From Octopus sinensis (lineage: Eukaryota), in NCBI RefSeq assembly GCF_006345805.1, contig NW_021833119.1:1-64000 (forward strand): a stretch of DNA of 64,000 bases, read 5' to 3'. A model generated the notes under the pieces. That model had not been told where the DNA came from. It made no database searches and was given only the letters and a program-made list of their open reading frames with translations. Of the stretch, positions 13,218 to 25,754 are shown piece by piece. Positions within the stretch are counted from its first letter, which is position 1; each line of letters begins with the position of its first letter. A program made the translations under genes and the position numbers.

Positions 13218-13886
13218 TAAATGAAAGAATGGAGTCGAACGACGATTTTAACAAAATTCCTTTACTCTCGACACATGTTTCGAAGGCTGCATATTCTTAA
13301 TTCCGAAGGAATAAAGCGTGCATCATGCCGCCATCTCATCAGGAAAGACAAGCAACTTATGTCAGCACCATGAAGAGCAAAAACTTTTAGATAACTTTAA
13401 GAAACACTAAATGTTTCTGACATTTGTCACCCTACACACACAGTCACGCGCCCACACACACACAGGCACGAATACAGTTATATACATACACACACACAAG
13501 CACTCAAACTCATTAACAATAGAATACACCCACGCATCCCCATACAATACAGCTTGCACTCTATCCCCTTCCTAGAGCTTTCTACCCCCAACCAAATTTG
13601 AACTCTTGAACTCTTTAGAACATTCTCCCTCCATATATATATATTTTACGTCATTGTTTATAACGGGATATTTTAAAGAAACACTCATTATTACTGTGGA
13701 CTTCATGTGGGGAGTCATCTAAAAGTTTTTGCTCTTCATGGTGCTGACATAAGTTGCTTGTCTTTCGTGATGAGATGGCGGCATAATGCACCCTTTATTC
13801 CTTCGGAATTAGGAATATGCAGCCTTCGAAACATGTGTCGAGAGTAAAGGAATTTTGTTAAAATCGTCGTTCGACTCCATTCTTTC

Positions 13887-13891
<5 letters not shown>
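13218..13891. mobile_element. Fold-back element with 175-bp inverted arms each carrying a hammerhead (PLE pLTR-like)
   Basis: Arms 13218-13392 and 13717-13891 are reverse complements; flanked by (TA)n. Confidence 0.8.
13265..13347 (-). ncRNA. Type I hammerhead, canonical core, long stem II (mirror copy 13762-13844 + has a GTGATGA core)
   Basis: CTTTC/GAGAG stem I; CTGATGA; stem II GATGGC..GCCTTC with inner GCAT/ATGC and TATTCC..GAATA helices; GAAAC-ATGT-GTC. Confidence 0.75.
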
Positions 13892-13965
<74 letters not shown>

Positions 13966-14445
13966 CAGTTGAAATTTATAGAAAAACAAATAACGAAGAC
14001 AGGTTAGGAACTAGCAAGTGTATTAGCTTGACGTTCGAGAAAAATGGAAAAGTCTTTTATGTTTCGAGCCTACGCTCTGCGACAGAAAGGAATAAGAGGA
14101 GATAGAGAGAGTGAGAATGAAAAAAAGTGTAGAGTTCAGCTTTGCTAGAAGTGGAAGTCAGACGAACTCCGGCACGACAGGAAGCTCACTGAAAACAAGC
14201 ATGGGGAAAGCGGGCGGTGTATAAAAATTATAGTTCCCACTTTTGTGAAGGCCGCAAAAGAAATTGGCAGATTACTGAATATCAATTTCGGTTTCTGTGC
14301 TAAAAAAAAACAAACAAAAAAAATCAGTCATCCCTCTTCAGTTAAATTTGTTGCAAAAAAGTCAAATTTAAAAACATTCATCTCAACCTTGTTTGCGAGT
14401 TTGTTTTGGAGCTCGTCTGACTCCTATTTCTAGCAAAGCTAGTAC
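13966..14445 (-). mobile_element. PLE 3'-terminal remnant with degenerate minimal hammerhead (14054-14089)
   Basis: Minus CTTT-CTGTCGC-A-GAGC-GTAG-GCTC-GAAAC-ATA-AAAG; runs into (TA)n at ~13965; short inverted copy 14138-14172 vs 14409-14440. Confidence 0.55.
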
Positions 14446-14527
14446 TCGCTACCACCATAATGTTTTTAAACTTGCCTTTACGGTTCATACTTTGGATTGC
14501 CACTAATATTATTAATGAAAATAATAT

Positions 14528-14592
<65 letters not shown>

Positions 14593-14709
14593 TAATATAT
14601 TAATATATATATATATATGTATGTATATATATATATTATATATATATATATATATGTATGTATATATACGTATGTATATGTATCTATGTGTGCACGCGTG
14701 AGTGATGTT

Positions 14710-14741
<32 letters not shown>

Positions 14742-15881
14742 GAGAGAGAGAGAGGGGGAGGGAGAGAGATCTGTTTTTACGTGTCTTAAGACCTCCCCAC
14801 CCCACCATACAGTTGGTGTTGCTATGTCTCTTTCTATCTGTTTCTCTGCATTTCCATTTGCAAAGCTAACCCGTAACCTAAATGCCGAATCTCCTACTAC
14901 TCTCCCGCCATTTTGTATTTATCTCTCAATTTCTCTCGAAATCACTTCAGATAGGTAAATGATCTTCTCCATTTATCATTTATCAAACAAACCGTTATTT
15001 CCACCGTCACATCACCAGCAACAACAAAGGCGAGAATAGAAGCAGCAGCAACAACAACAACGGCAATAAAAACAAGAACAACAATGACAACGGCATCAGC
15101 AACAATAACAACGTCGACAACGACGACATCTGAAATAAGGTTAACAACAACAACTGCAGGAGCAACGGCAACAGCAACAACAACTTTCCCTCTGTGAATT
15201 GAGAGAAGGTGAGAAAGTAGTAAACAGAAATCAATTATCGAACCCATCATTGTTCATTTGGCGTTCGAAGGGTATTTTGTTCTCCTTGACCTTTAACTCT
15301 TTCCCTCCCTCTCTCCTCCTCCTCCTTTCTTACGTTCTCCACCTACCACACTCTTTCCTTCTTATATTTCCTCTTCTATCTTCTCACCACTTTCTTCTTA
15401 TTTTCATTTCTTTTCCACATCCCGTTCACCCAAATTCCTCACACCCCCTCTTTCACAAAACTCTTACATCCTTTTTATTATTCCCATCTTCTGCTCTTCT
15501 TCTCTCCATATTCTTTTCTTCTCCCACTTGCTCTCCCATTCACACCATAATTGTGCATGTGTTTTCCTGTTCTTGTCGTTAGTGATGTCTTTTCTATATA
15601 TATATATATTTTTTTTTGTAGTTGCAACCGAGGTGTTGGAGGTGATGGTATAAACGTGTGGTTGGTTAAATAGTTGTGGCTGTTACATATCACCCTTCAT
15701 GACTTTTGTTATATTTCTAAGTTTCCCTCCCCCGACCATTTTATCGGACGATGATAACTTAGAGTCAGAAAATTCCGAACAGAGGAAACAAAAGAGATAT
15801 GTCTGTGTATACGACGTCTGATGAAAATTTAAGGGGAAAGGGGCCACAAAAAGAAAACTACAACACATATGAATTCAGCAT

Positions 15882-16075
15882 TTAATCTCCTTGGAAGTTG
15901 TCCCATTCTGAAACCGCACACTTCGCCCAGCGACGTTTCCATTGATGGAAGCATTCCTGGAACTCCTTTTTTTTTGGGGGGGGGGGAATAGTGAGTATCT
16001 ACCTAAACTCATTATCTTGAATTTTCTGGACGTCTTCAAATTTCATTCCTTTCAAGTGGGATTTGACTTTAACCT
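15882..16075 (-). pseudogene. mariner transposase C-terminal relic
   Basis: KVKSHLKGMKFEDVQKIQ...KEFQECFHQWKRRWAKCAVSEWDNFQGD*, matching the mariner C-terminus (KGrrF...eFqkcFqqWk.RW.KCv...GdYFEGD). Confidence 0.8.
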
Positions 16076-17880
16076 TGGTTTCGAGATCATAACCATAGAA
16101 CCACCACCCTCCAAGCTCTGCTATAAACAACGGAAGTAAGCGAGAACTTAATGTGCATGCGCGACAGAGTTCAAGGTAACCTGAGCCAAGCAGCTTCACT
16201 CTTCGTACTTTAGCTCTGTCACTATAACAACAGTCGCGATACTTTTTGACCAGACTGTGGCTGAAGTTTCCTGAAGGAAGGTTTGAGTTGAGACACTCTT
16301 TTACGGCTTTTCATTGTACCTCCTGTTTTTCTTACCACAGAGTTTAATTAATGCTGCTGTGGCTGCTCTTTCTGTTTCTGTTCATAATTTCTTATAACTA
16401 ATATTACAGGTATTCATGTTGTGTTTGTGGATTGGCATCAGTCGAGGTCTTCGTTCGTTAACCCCCTATTGTCTGTAGAAAATCCTTAGGTGACTAGTAA
16501 CTCCACAAATACAGAAACTTCACAGTCTGCCCTCAACTGCCACAAAAAATAAGACACGCAAAAACTTTTATTATTCGGCTGGTTGATCCGGACACGGATG
16601 ACTTCGATTTTCTTATGACTGATTTCCATTAAGATATTTAAATCTACTTCCAGCCAGTTATTTTGTGCTTCCTGGCATACCTCCTGCGCTCCTTCACTTA
16701 TTTCGACATCCTTGTTGTCCGACAAGATGGCCCTCATTATCCCCCACATACTCGCTCCTGTTGCACATCTTATAGTGGGATCTTTGCTGGATGGGTCTCC
16801 GTATAGAATAAAAGGATAAATTCTTCCTTTCCATGGTTTTACGGAGAGGTTCCTCACCTGTAACGCTGAGGCAAATCTCACACTCACCGCACCATTCGTT
16901 TTTTCTACTGTGTCTCATTGACGTTTCGTACTTGCGAATGCTTTGGAGGCAACGTTTCATTTCTAAGTGTGGAAGTTTTTTTTTTTTGTTTCACTTTGAA
17001 TTTCATGCACCAGGAAAACACTACGAATTGTTTTGTTCGTTACAAAAGCAAACCTGGGCAGATTTATGGTGACATTTCACTCTTCGTTTTCTGACAAACC
17101 AGCAATGTTTTGAGAGGAAGAACAGGAAGAGCGAGTAGGAGGGAGGATAGGGAAAAAGGAGTCGATGATGATGAGGAGAGAGGGAGGAAGAGAGGAAGGA
17201 GGAGGAGGACGACGACGACGAGCATGAGGTGGACGTTAATCGATTATATCGACTCCACAACCTGACTGTTGCCTTGTTTTCCCGACCTGCAACGATGCAA
17301 GGCAAAGGTAACTTCGGTGGCATTTGGAAGTAGAAAGTAAAGAACCAGAAAGAACAGGGAGACAGCTCAAAGCATTCTGTTCGACTCCGTAAGGATTTTG
17401 CCATTACACCATCCTAACAACAGCAACAACATCACCCTCTTTCCTTATCCTCCTTCTCTTCTTCCTCATCAAGCGCATCATCATCATCTTCATCATCATC
17501 ATTTTCCTCGTTGTCATCGTGAAGGACTTCATCCCAAAACCAACACAGCACCACAATAATAATAATAATAATAATAAATGATGATGATGATCGTCGTCAC
17601 CATGGCTACCAACACAATCATCAACACCATTGACACTATCATGATGGTTGTCCCTATCAACGTCGTTCTCAGCATCAACAATGGGTATAAACAAACACCA
17701 ACAACAATAGCAACAACATCAACGGTAATACCAGGAAAACCGTTTCCAATTAATTCTGATTTTAAGTGTCTCACTAATCCATTTTATTATAAATATTTGT
17801 TTAATTTCACTCTTAATCCGGATGCAGCAACATGTCTACTGTAATACTACACGCACGCACACACAAACACACTGATAAGC

Positions 17881-17942
<62 letters not shown>

Positions 17943-18035
17943 AAGTTCATACACACACACTCAAGCACATGCACATATTTATACAATTCCAGTAAATAAT
18001 GAGATAGATAGATGTATCCCCAGGGTATGACAATA

Positions 18036-18084
<49 letters not shown>

Positions 18085-18189
18085 GTACATGCCTTCATTT
18101 ATACACATACATTTTTACATTCATACAAATATATAGATATGCGCACACTTCACGCTTTTAATTACAGGTGTGTATGCATATATATATAT

Positions 18190-18352
18190 AGTGAGAATTT
18201 ACAAAAAATAAACGAAAGACGAAGACGGGTGTGAAAACAACAAAGAGATGTATTACTTTATCGCTCGGAAAATGAGAAAGTCTTTTACGTTTCGAGCCTA
18301 CGCACTTCAACAGAAAGGAACACAGAAATAAACAGGGAGAGAAAATAGAAAT
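18190..18352 (-). mobile_element. PLE 3'-terminal remnant, same family as 14054, hammerhead-like motif 18282-18317
   Basis: Minus CTTT-CTGTTGA-A-GTGC-GTAG-GCTC-GAAAC-GTA-AAAG; ends ...TCACTATATA at a TA run. Confidence 0.55.
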
Positions 18353-18475
18353 ATATATATATAAGAACCATGGTAATATTTATATATGATTAAATGTTTA
18401 TACACTTCGAACATGCAATCACGTGTAGATTCTCGTTCGAATTACATGCTGATGTACATACAACCCAAATAAACA

Positions 18476-18523
<48 letters not shown>

Positions 18524-18639
18524 ATATAAATATGCATAAATATGCATATACATACATACTTACATACATACATACATGCATATATGCCTGTGTCTTTATT
18601 TCATGTTTTTGATTGACCACCACCAACTGGTATTGGTTT

Positions 18640-18785
18640 GTTTACGTACTTGCTAAACTTGACCGACAGACTAAGTACCATGCTCTAAAATATCAAGTAC
18701 TGTGGTCGATTCGTTCAGCCACAGTAAAATCCTTTGAGACCGTGACCCAGCATGGCCGCAGTCTAATGACTGAAACACGTAAATT
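18640..18785 (+). mobile_element. SINE 3' fragment (family A tail)
   Basis: CCCAGCATGGCCGCAGTCTAATGACTGAAAC tail shared with 36244-36664. Confidence 0.7.
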
Positions 18786-19030
18786 CGACGTTTCTTCTTC
18801 CGGCGTATCTCTAGTTTTGGTCCATATTTTCTTTCTCACCAACCAAATGATCTCCTCTAATTGTTTCTGACATAACAACTGTCTTGTTTTATATTCAAGG
18901 CATATCACATGGCAACTCTCTTATATTCTATTTAGTGTATTTCTCACTGTGCGGATATTGCAGTAGATTTTATTATAGGTTTTATTTATATTATTTTACT
19001 AGGAATATTCATCTTGTATAGCCAATAGCT

Positions 19031-19327
19031 TTTACTTGTTTCAAGTATTGGACTGCGGCCATGCTGGGGCACCGCCTTAAATTTTTAGAGGAAATCATCG
19101 ACGCCTGTACATATTGTTTTAAAACGTGGTGCCTTTTCTCTCGGTCTCTTCTCAACCGACAAGTTACAGGAACGTAAGCACACCAGCAACGGTTGTCAAA
19201 TCAAGCGATGGCGGGTGACAAAGAACCTCTCACATACATACCTATATATATATATATATATACATATATATGTGTGTGTGTGTATGTGTGTGTGTGTGTG
19301 TGTGTGTGTATACAACACGGTTGTAAT
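19031..19327 (-). mobile_element. tRNA-SINE family A, 3' half (5' half at 23116-23277)
   Basis: Reverse complement of the tail and body of the 36244-36664 SINE; continues colinearly after the HERO insertion. Confidence 0.8.
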
Positions 19328-22300
19328 CCCTCAGATACTGACTGCAGGGAAAGACTTGCTGACAATCCAGAAAGAGGGATGACAAAGCGGAGGGACGCTT
19401 GACAGTACGACAGCGTAATGAAGGATCAAATGGGCTTGCAGCCCGATCCGGGCTAAAATTGAAACGAAAAAACATGGGAAATCATGCACCCATGATCCCG
19501 GACCACGGGGGGAGAATAAAGGATCAAATAGGGACGGAAAAAACGAAATGGACTTGGACCGGAAATGGACAATGAGAAAGGAAACGGTATAGGAATGGTA
19601 GATGAGGAATTCAGCTGCTGCGGAAAGGTGTTTGCTAGTTACACCAAGGGAAGGTGAGAATACACGAAAGGAAGGTGTATCAGAAGAAAGTAATTCAACA
19701 ACGCGGGTTGATAAACCATAAGAGGTGTGGCCAGAACACCCCGGAAAATAACCATAGCGAGGTTCATTCCACAGTTGAATTGGAACAGTCAAAAAGACTG
19801 ATAGGCGTGAAGAGGACAATGGTTAAGTGGCCGAAAGCATATGACGCGGCGAGTCATAAAAAATTTGACGACGAGGTAGGAAGAATGACCACCAAATTCA
19901 AAGGCGACGACGAACAAAAGCTCGAAAACCTGGCTAATACAATCTACCAGGAAGGAGAGAAAAGATTTGGACTGGAAACAACAGGGAAGGTAGAATCAAC
20001 GGCAAAGATCGGACCATCGAGGAGAGAAAGACGGATCGCAAAGATTCGAGAAGAGAAGAAAAAACTCAGAACCAGATGGAGGGATGCAAAGGAGGAGGAA
20101 AGAGAAGGGCTAAAGCAGCTATATGAAGAGATAAAAGAGAGGCATCGAGACCTGCTAAGAAAACAAAGAAGGAGGAGCAGAAGAAAGGAGAGGGAAAAAA
20201 ACTATCGTAGCTTTGTGAACAATCCCTATCAATATGCGAAACATCTATTTACTGAAAGTAAAAGTGGAAAATTGGATTGCACGAAAGAAGAGCTCGAACA
20301 TCTGAAAGAGACATACAGCGACTCTGACAGAAATGAAGTACTCCCAGAAATGCACGGACTGAAGAAACCGCCTGAACCAAGAGTACCATTTGATTTGAGC
20401 GACATCAAACGGAAAGAAATGGATGAGTTCATAAGGAAAGCAAGAGCAAAAAGTGCACCAGGGAACGATGGAGTGAGCTACAAGGTATATAAATATTGCC
20501 CAAAATTACGATTGCAGCTGTTTGCACTGATAAGAGAAATGTGGAAGAAGAAAGATGTAGCGGAGCGATGGTGTATAGCCGAAGGTATCTATCTACCTTA
20601 AAGAAAAAGAGGCAAAAACACTAGGCCAATTTAGACCGATTTCACTACTAAATACAGACGGAAAAATCATGTTCGGAATAATTGCTAGACGAATCATAAG
20701 ATTCGTACAGCATAGCGGATACGTTAATGAAGCGATTCAAAAAGCAGGAATCTCCGGAATCCCTGGGTGCATAGTTCACGCATTTTCCATCTGGGAAGCC
20801 ATCACCTGTGCAAAACAAATGAAGAAAAACCTATATATTGTTTAGCTAGATCTTGCCAATGCTTATGGATCTGTTCCGCACGCAATAATAAAGACAGCGG
20901 TGGACTTCTTTTGGATTTCAAAAGATGTGCAACGAATGCTCATGTCGTACTACGACAACCTGAGGATGAGATGTACAGCAGGAAAGTTCACAACGGAGTG
21001 GCAACGGCTTGAAATAGGTATTGCAGCCGGATGCACTGTATCAGTCATCTTATTCGTGCTAGTCATGGAAATGCTACTCAGATCTACAAACTGTGATGAA
21101 ATTCAAAGCCAAAAAATCTCGAAGCGTGGCTTTCGTGAAAGGAAGGCAAGAAGAAGTGAAATTCAGGATAGGAAGTGAAGACATACCAACGGTGAAAGAA
21201 CAACCAGTAAAGAGTCTCGGCAGATGGTATAGAGATTTATCAAATGATAAGAAGCAAGGGAAAGAAACACACGAGTTAGTAGAACAAGGATTAAAGGCAA
21301 TTGACAGAACAACGCTGCCGGGAAAATTCAAATGTTGGATACTGCAATTTGGGCTGTACCCAAGGATAATGTGGCCATTGAAAATGTACGAAATAGCCTC
21401 GAGTAGAGTAGAAAGGATGGAGCAAAGATGCAGTGTGTTCATCAGAAAATGGCTTGGTCTGCCGAAACCACTGAATACAACCCGTGCTGTAACTACCAAT
21501 AACATCAATCGCCGAAGAATGTAAGGCAGGAAAGGTAAGGACAGTAATGATGCTAAGGTATTCAAAAGATCAGAGCATCCGGGAAAACCCTCCAAAGGTA
21601 CGAACAGGGAGGAAATGGAAGGCGGAAGAGGCAGTAAACAGGGAAACCGGAAAACTAAAGCACGCAGATATAGTCGGAGCGACGCAAGAAGCTAGAACCG
21701 GCCTAGGGTCGCAAAATTTCAGGCCATTTTGCAAGAGCAGTGTAAAAGAGATGAAAGAAGCAGTGTTATACGAAGTGAGAAAGGAGGAAGAAGAAAGGCG
21801 AAATGTACATTTGGTGCAATGCAGTCAACAGGGACAGTGCCCGAGATGGGAGGAATATGTGATCAGCCGCAGAATATCATGGAAGGAATTTGGGCTTGGG
21901 AATAAGCAAGAATATCCTTCTTGATCAAGTCTACCTTCGACATTCTACCCTCACCGGCGAACTTAGTCCGGTGGAACATAAACAAAACCGATGAGTGTAG
22001 ATGCGGAGAGAAAGCGACGGTTAGACATGTTCTGTCAGGTTGCAGACTAGCACTTGAAAGATATACATGGCGGCATAATCAAGTCCTCGGTGTCATAAGC
22101 GCAGCACTCAAGGAGAAGATCGAGAGGTACAATAGGGGAGAGTACCCAAAAGTAGAAAAGCGCAGGAAAGTATATTTCCACAAGGAGGGAAAAGGTTATA
22201 AAACCAGGCCTACAAGTAAAGTATACGAGATAGACGAAAGATGGAAGGGATACTGGGAGATGGCCACGGACTTGGAAAGACAAGTAATATTTCCACTAAT

Positions 22301-23101
22301 AAAAACAACAAAAAGACCGGATTTAGTTCTATGGAACAGAGACCGGAGAATGGGAATTTTACTAGAACTGACAGAACCTGGGGAAGAGAACATCGGCAAC
22401 GCAGAGGAACGAAAGGAGAAGAGGTATGAAAAGCTAATCGAAGAATGCAGAGAACAGGGATGGAATGTCGAATATTATCACCTGGCAGTCGGGGCTAGAG
22501 GTTTCATTGAAAAGAAAATGAGAACGCTTTTCAAAAGAAGATTTGTTTTTTCTAGCCCCGAGCTGCGTAAACTAATAAGGAGAGTACAGGAGGCGGTCGA
22601 AAAAGCCAGCTTCTATATATGGCTGAAGCGGGAAGACCAAAAATGGCTTGAAAGTCATAAACACGCCGACGGGAAATAACATCATTAGGTGAGACAAGCT
22701 GACTGAATCAGCTTCGCTGACTGACAGGTGACGGTCGTTTAGAAAAAGCGCGGGCTAAAACTACGCGCCTTCGCTAGTCAGTTAAGGTGAGACAGTGTCA
22801 CGTGACAACTTGCTGGGGCTGCCTGCTCGAGACTATGCGGCAGGTATTTAAACGGAGAAATTTGACAAGACAGTCAGTCACCGGCTGACACTCGCTGACG
22901 ATACATCGAAGAGGCCAGGGAACAGAAGAAAGAAGAAAGAAGACATGCACCCAACACCAGAGCTGAAGACACCTCCGAAAGAGGGAGGGCGCCATGTCAA
23001 AACGGCAGAGGATTAGGGGCCGAAACCGGACGTGGTTCCTCCTGATGATGTCTTGAGCTAACTGGATCCTATAAAGGAGCTGTTGTGGTAGCAGACCACG
23101 A
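19328..23101 (+). mobile_element. HERO-clade non-LTR retrotransposon (N-terminal Zn finger, RT, C-terminal RLE), frameshifted and internally deleted
   Basis: CCGKV..RIHE N-terminal finger; FVNNPYQYAKHLF, KSAPGNDG, FRPISLLNTDGKI, LDLANAYGSVPH, GIAAGCTVSVILF; CRCGEKATVRHVLSGC..RYTWRHNQVL, RPDLVLW, ELTEPGEE..KRYEKL, AVGARGF; 14-bp direct repeat AACACGGTTGTAAT at 19314-19327 and 23102-23115. Confidence 0.88.
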
Positions 23102-23115
23102 AACACGGTTGTAAT

Positions 23116-23277
23116 TCCGATGGCCTTCTTTTAGTTTCCGTCTACGAAGTCCAGTCAAAAGGTCTAGTCGGTTCGAGGCTATAGCAGAAGTCACATAACC
23201 AAGGTGCCGCGCAGTGAGACTGAACCTAGAATCATATGGTTAAGAATCCAGCTTCATACCACACAACCACGCTTGCG
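23116..23277 (-). mobile_element. tRNA-SINE family A, 5' half
   Basis: Reverse complement of the tRNA-like head and GACGGAAACT..AAGAAG body. Confidence 0.78.
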
Positions 23278-23461
23278 TTTATTTCTATATTTTTTCCCTC
23301 AATCTTGCAAACCCTCAACTCAATTAGTTTTCCTCTTTCCTGTTATTTACTTTTTCCAGTGCCCTTGTGGCAAATAAAAGTAACGGTAACTGATTGACTG
23401 ATTGTTTTTACAATAACCTGTTATTGTTTATTCGTTTTATACAGTTTTATTTTTATTTTTC

Positions 23462-23560
23462 TCTGTGGGACCCACATTGATCCCCGACGTCACCTTGCAG
23501 GATACAGAGGGGCTGGTACGAGACCGCCACCGATGGAGAGCACTGGAAAATCCAGTAGGT
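23462..23560 (+). pseudogene. Possible RTE-type LINE extreme C-terminus
   Basis: DVTLQDTEGLVRDRHRWRALE resembles the ..a.DR..Wr.l terminal motif; short. Confidence 0.4.
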
Positions 23561-24044
23561 TCTACGTATGATGACGCCTCTGGGACCACTAACCGGGGAT
23601 GACCCCAGCCGCATCAAACAAGAGCACAAAACCAAGAACCCAAGTTAACATTGATCTAAAGACTTCGATCTGCGCTGGAAACCCCAGATGACGAGGGTTT
23701 TTTTTTCTATACTCATTGAATTCATTTTTATTTTTATTGTCATAAATGTTAGAATGTTGAACAGAAGGCTTTGTGGTATTTGTTGCAACTCTTTTGGTCC
23801 GGAGTTCAATCCCCACTGAGGTCAACTTTGTCTTCACTCTTCCAGGGACGAGAAATTAAAGTACCGCAGCTTGAATTGATCGACATTCTTTCCCTGCTAA
23901 ATTACAGATCCGTAAAAGTGAGTGTGTATGTGAGTATATGTTTGTGTCAGTGTGTGTTTGTACGTGTGTTTGCATGTGTGTGTGACTGTGTGTGTATATG
24001 TATGTGTAAATATATTTTATCTTTTAATTGTGTCAATCATTATA

Positions 24045-24281
24045 CTGCGGCCATGCTGGGGCACCGCTTAGAAGAAATTTTAGTCGAATGAATTGACCTT
24101 TGTGCATTTTTTTTAAAGCCTGATACTTATTTCATTGGTTCTTTTTGTCGGACCGCTGGGTTACGAGAAAGTAAACAGACCAACACCTGTTGTCAAGCGA
24201 TGGTACGGGACAAACACAGACACAAAAACAAACACACACAAATACACAGATTCATGCACACACAAATATATGACTCATATG

Positions 24282-24328
<47 letters not shown>

Positions 24329-24330
24329 TC
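24045..24330 (-). mobile_element. SINE family A 3' half plus internal (TG)n
   Basis: ACTGCGGCCATGCTGGGGCACCGC tail and body in reverse. Confidence 0.75.
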
Positions 24331-24544
24331 GGTATAAACCGTTAACAAGTAAGAAAATATTTTCGCGGCATTCTAGCCCTGTATTTTCTCAATTCCAATC
24401 CCTCCGAGTACTAATTTACCTTTTATCCTTTCGGGGTTGATAACTACCAGTGAAACACTCAGGTCCATGTAATCCACTAGTCTCTTCCCGCAAAACTTTA
24501 AAGCCTTATGCTTTTGGTAGAAATTATTATTATTATTATTATTA

Positions 24545-25483
24545 TATGAAAACTCATAGCTTATTTTGCTGGATATGCTGGAAAGTGCCAGCTGTTCACA
24601 ACCAGCAGACCAAGGTGACACTTGTTTACTGGTCATGCTTCAAGAACCCTGCGAAAAATTCTTATAGTTCCAAGCCATACTGATTTTTGTAGGTGTTCTA
24701 CCTTCACACTTGCACCGATCTTTTTTCAGCCATATTGCTAGTTGAGTGCTGATACTTTCCAAGTGCTTTTGGTATCACCTCTACTTTCTTCATTGACCAC
24801 ATCCTTCGTATATCCCACTTCAAATCATCATAGTTATTTTTTCTTCTTTCACATTGATCCGGGGCATGCTATGTCAATGACCATACATGTTCTTTATTAT
24901 AAACAAAGCAATGTCCGGTTTCCGATGTCTGGTCGTGTGATTCCACTGGATCATTACATCCCACAGGATTTTGCAATTCTCATTTTTGGTGACTCCTGCT
25001 GGTTTTTGGTCATACCACGTCTTTGCTTCTTGTAGGCCGTGATTTCCACATAGCTTCCAATAGATCATTCTTGCCACATTATCACGGAGTCTATTGTATT
25101 CGTGTTGTGCTAATTTCAGGCATTCGCTAACGATGTGCCATAGCGTTTCACCCCTCTCACCACACTTTCTGCATTTGTCGTTATCGGTGGTGTTGTCTAT
25201 TCTGCACTTCATATAGTTGACCCTTAACGCTTGTTCCGGAGCTGCGTATGTGAGTGCTTCTGTCTCTATTTTCAGCTCACTCCATAGCCAGCGGCCCTCT
25301 GTATCTGTCTTGCAAACTCATCGTACATTTTTTTTTCCTTCCATGCTTTTATTTTTGTCTTTTTTGTTCATTTCTCGTTCAAATTTTTCTTTAGCTTCGC
25401 AGTTTTCCCTGTTGATGACGCCGGACTCTTTGTACGTTTCAATAGTGGCATTTTTATTACCACCCGAGGCTGTTTTCTCCTTC
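24545..25483 (-). mobile_element. R4/Dong-clade LINE 3' fragment flanked by (TAA)n
   Basis: CRKCGERGETLWHIVSECLKLAQHEY..RDNVARMIYWKLC..WY..KP..ENENCKILWD..RKPDI, then VIDIACP..YDDLKWDIRRMW..HLQKSVWLGTIRIFRRVLEA*; (AAT)n at both ends on the coding strand. Confidence 0.85.
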
Positions 25484-25495
25484 ATTATTATTATT

Positions 25496-25540
<45 letters not shown>

Positions 25541-25754
25541 TAATCTTTGACTTTTGTTTTGTATTTGTACCAGGGGACTCCAATTCTCACCCAGAGATCT
25601 CAAGAGACAACAAATTAGAAGTTCATGTTGGTGTTATGCCTAGGGTGTCATATATTTAGTTTTGCACATAGTATTGTTCTAAAGTATATTTAAGATAAGA
25701 AAATTAAAATTTTGTTTTAAAATTTGAGATTACATAGACAGTATTATTATTATA

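Noticed and set aside
16200-16960. ORFs 16486..16887 and 16694..16960 with faint resemblance to a LINE EN-RT linker (QEVCQEAQNNWLE)
   Set aside because: No diagnostic motif; too weak to call without a profile search.
14942-17844. Val/Leu/Met/Thr-rich ORFs that look like membrane proteins
   Set aside because: Derived from decayed (CAA)/(CAG)/(CAT)/(GGA) trinucleotide repeats.
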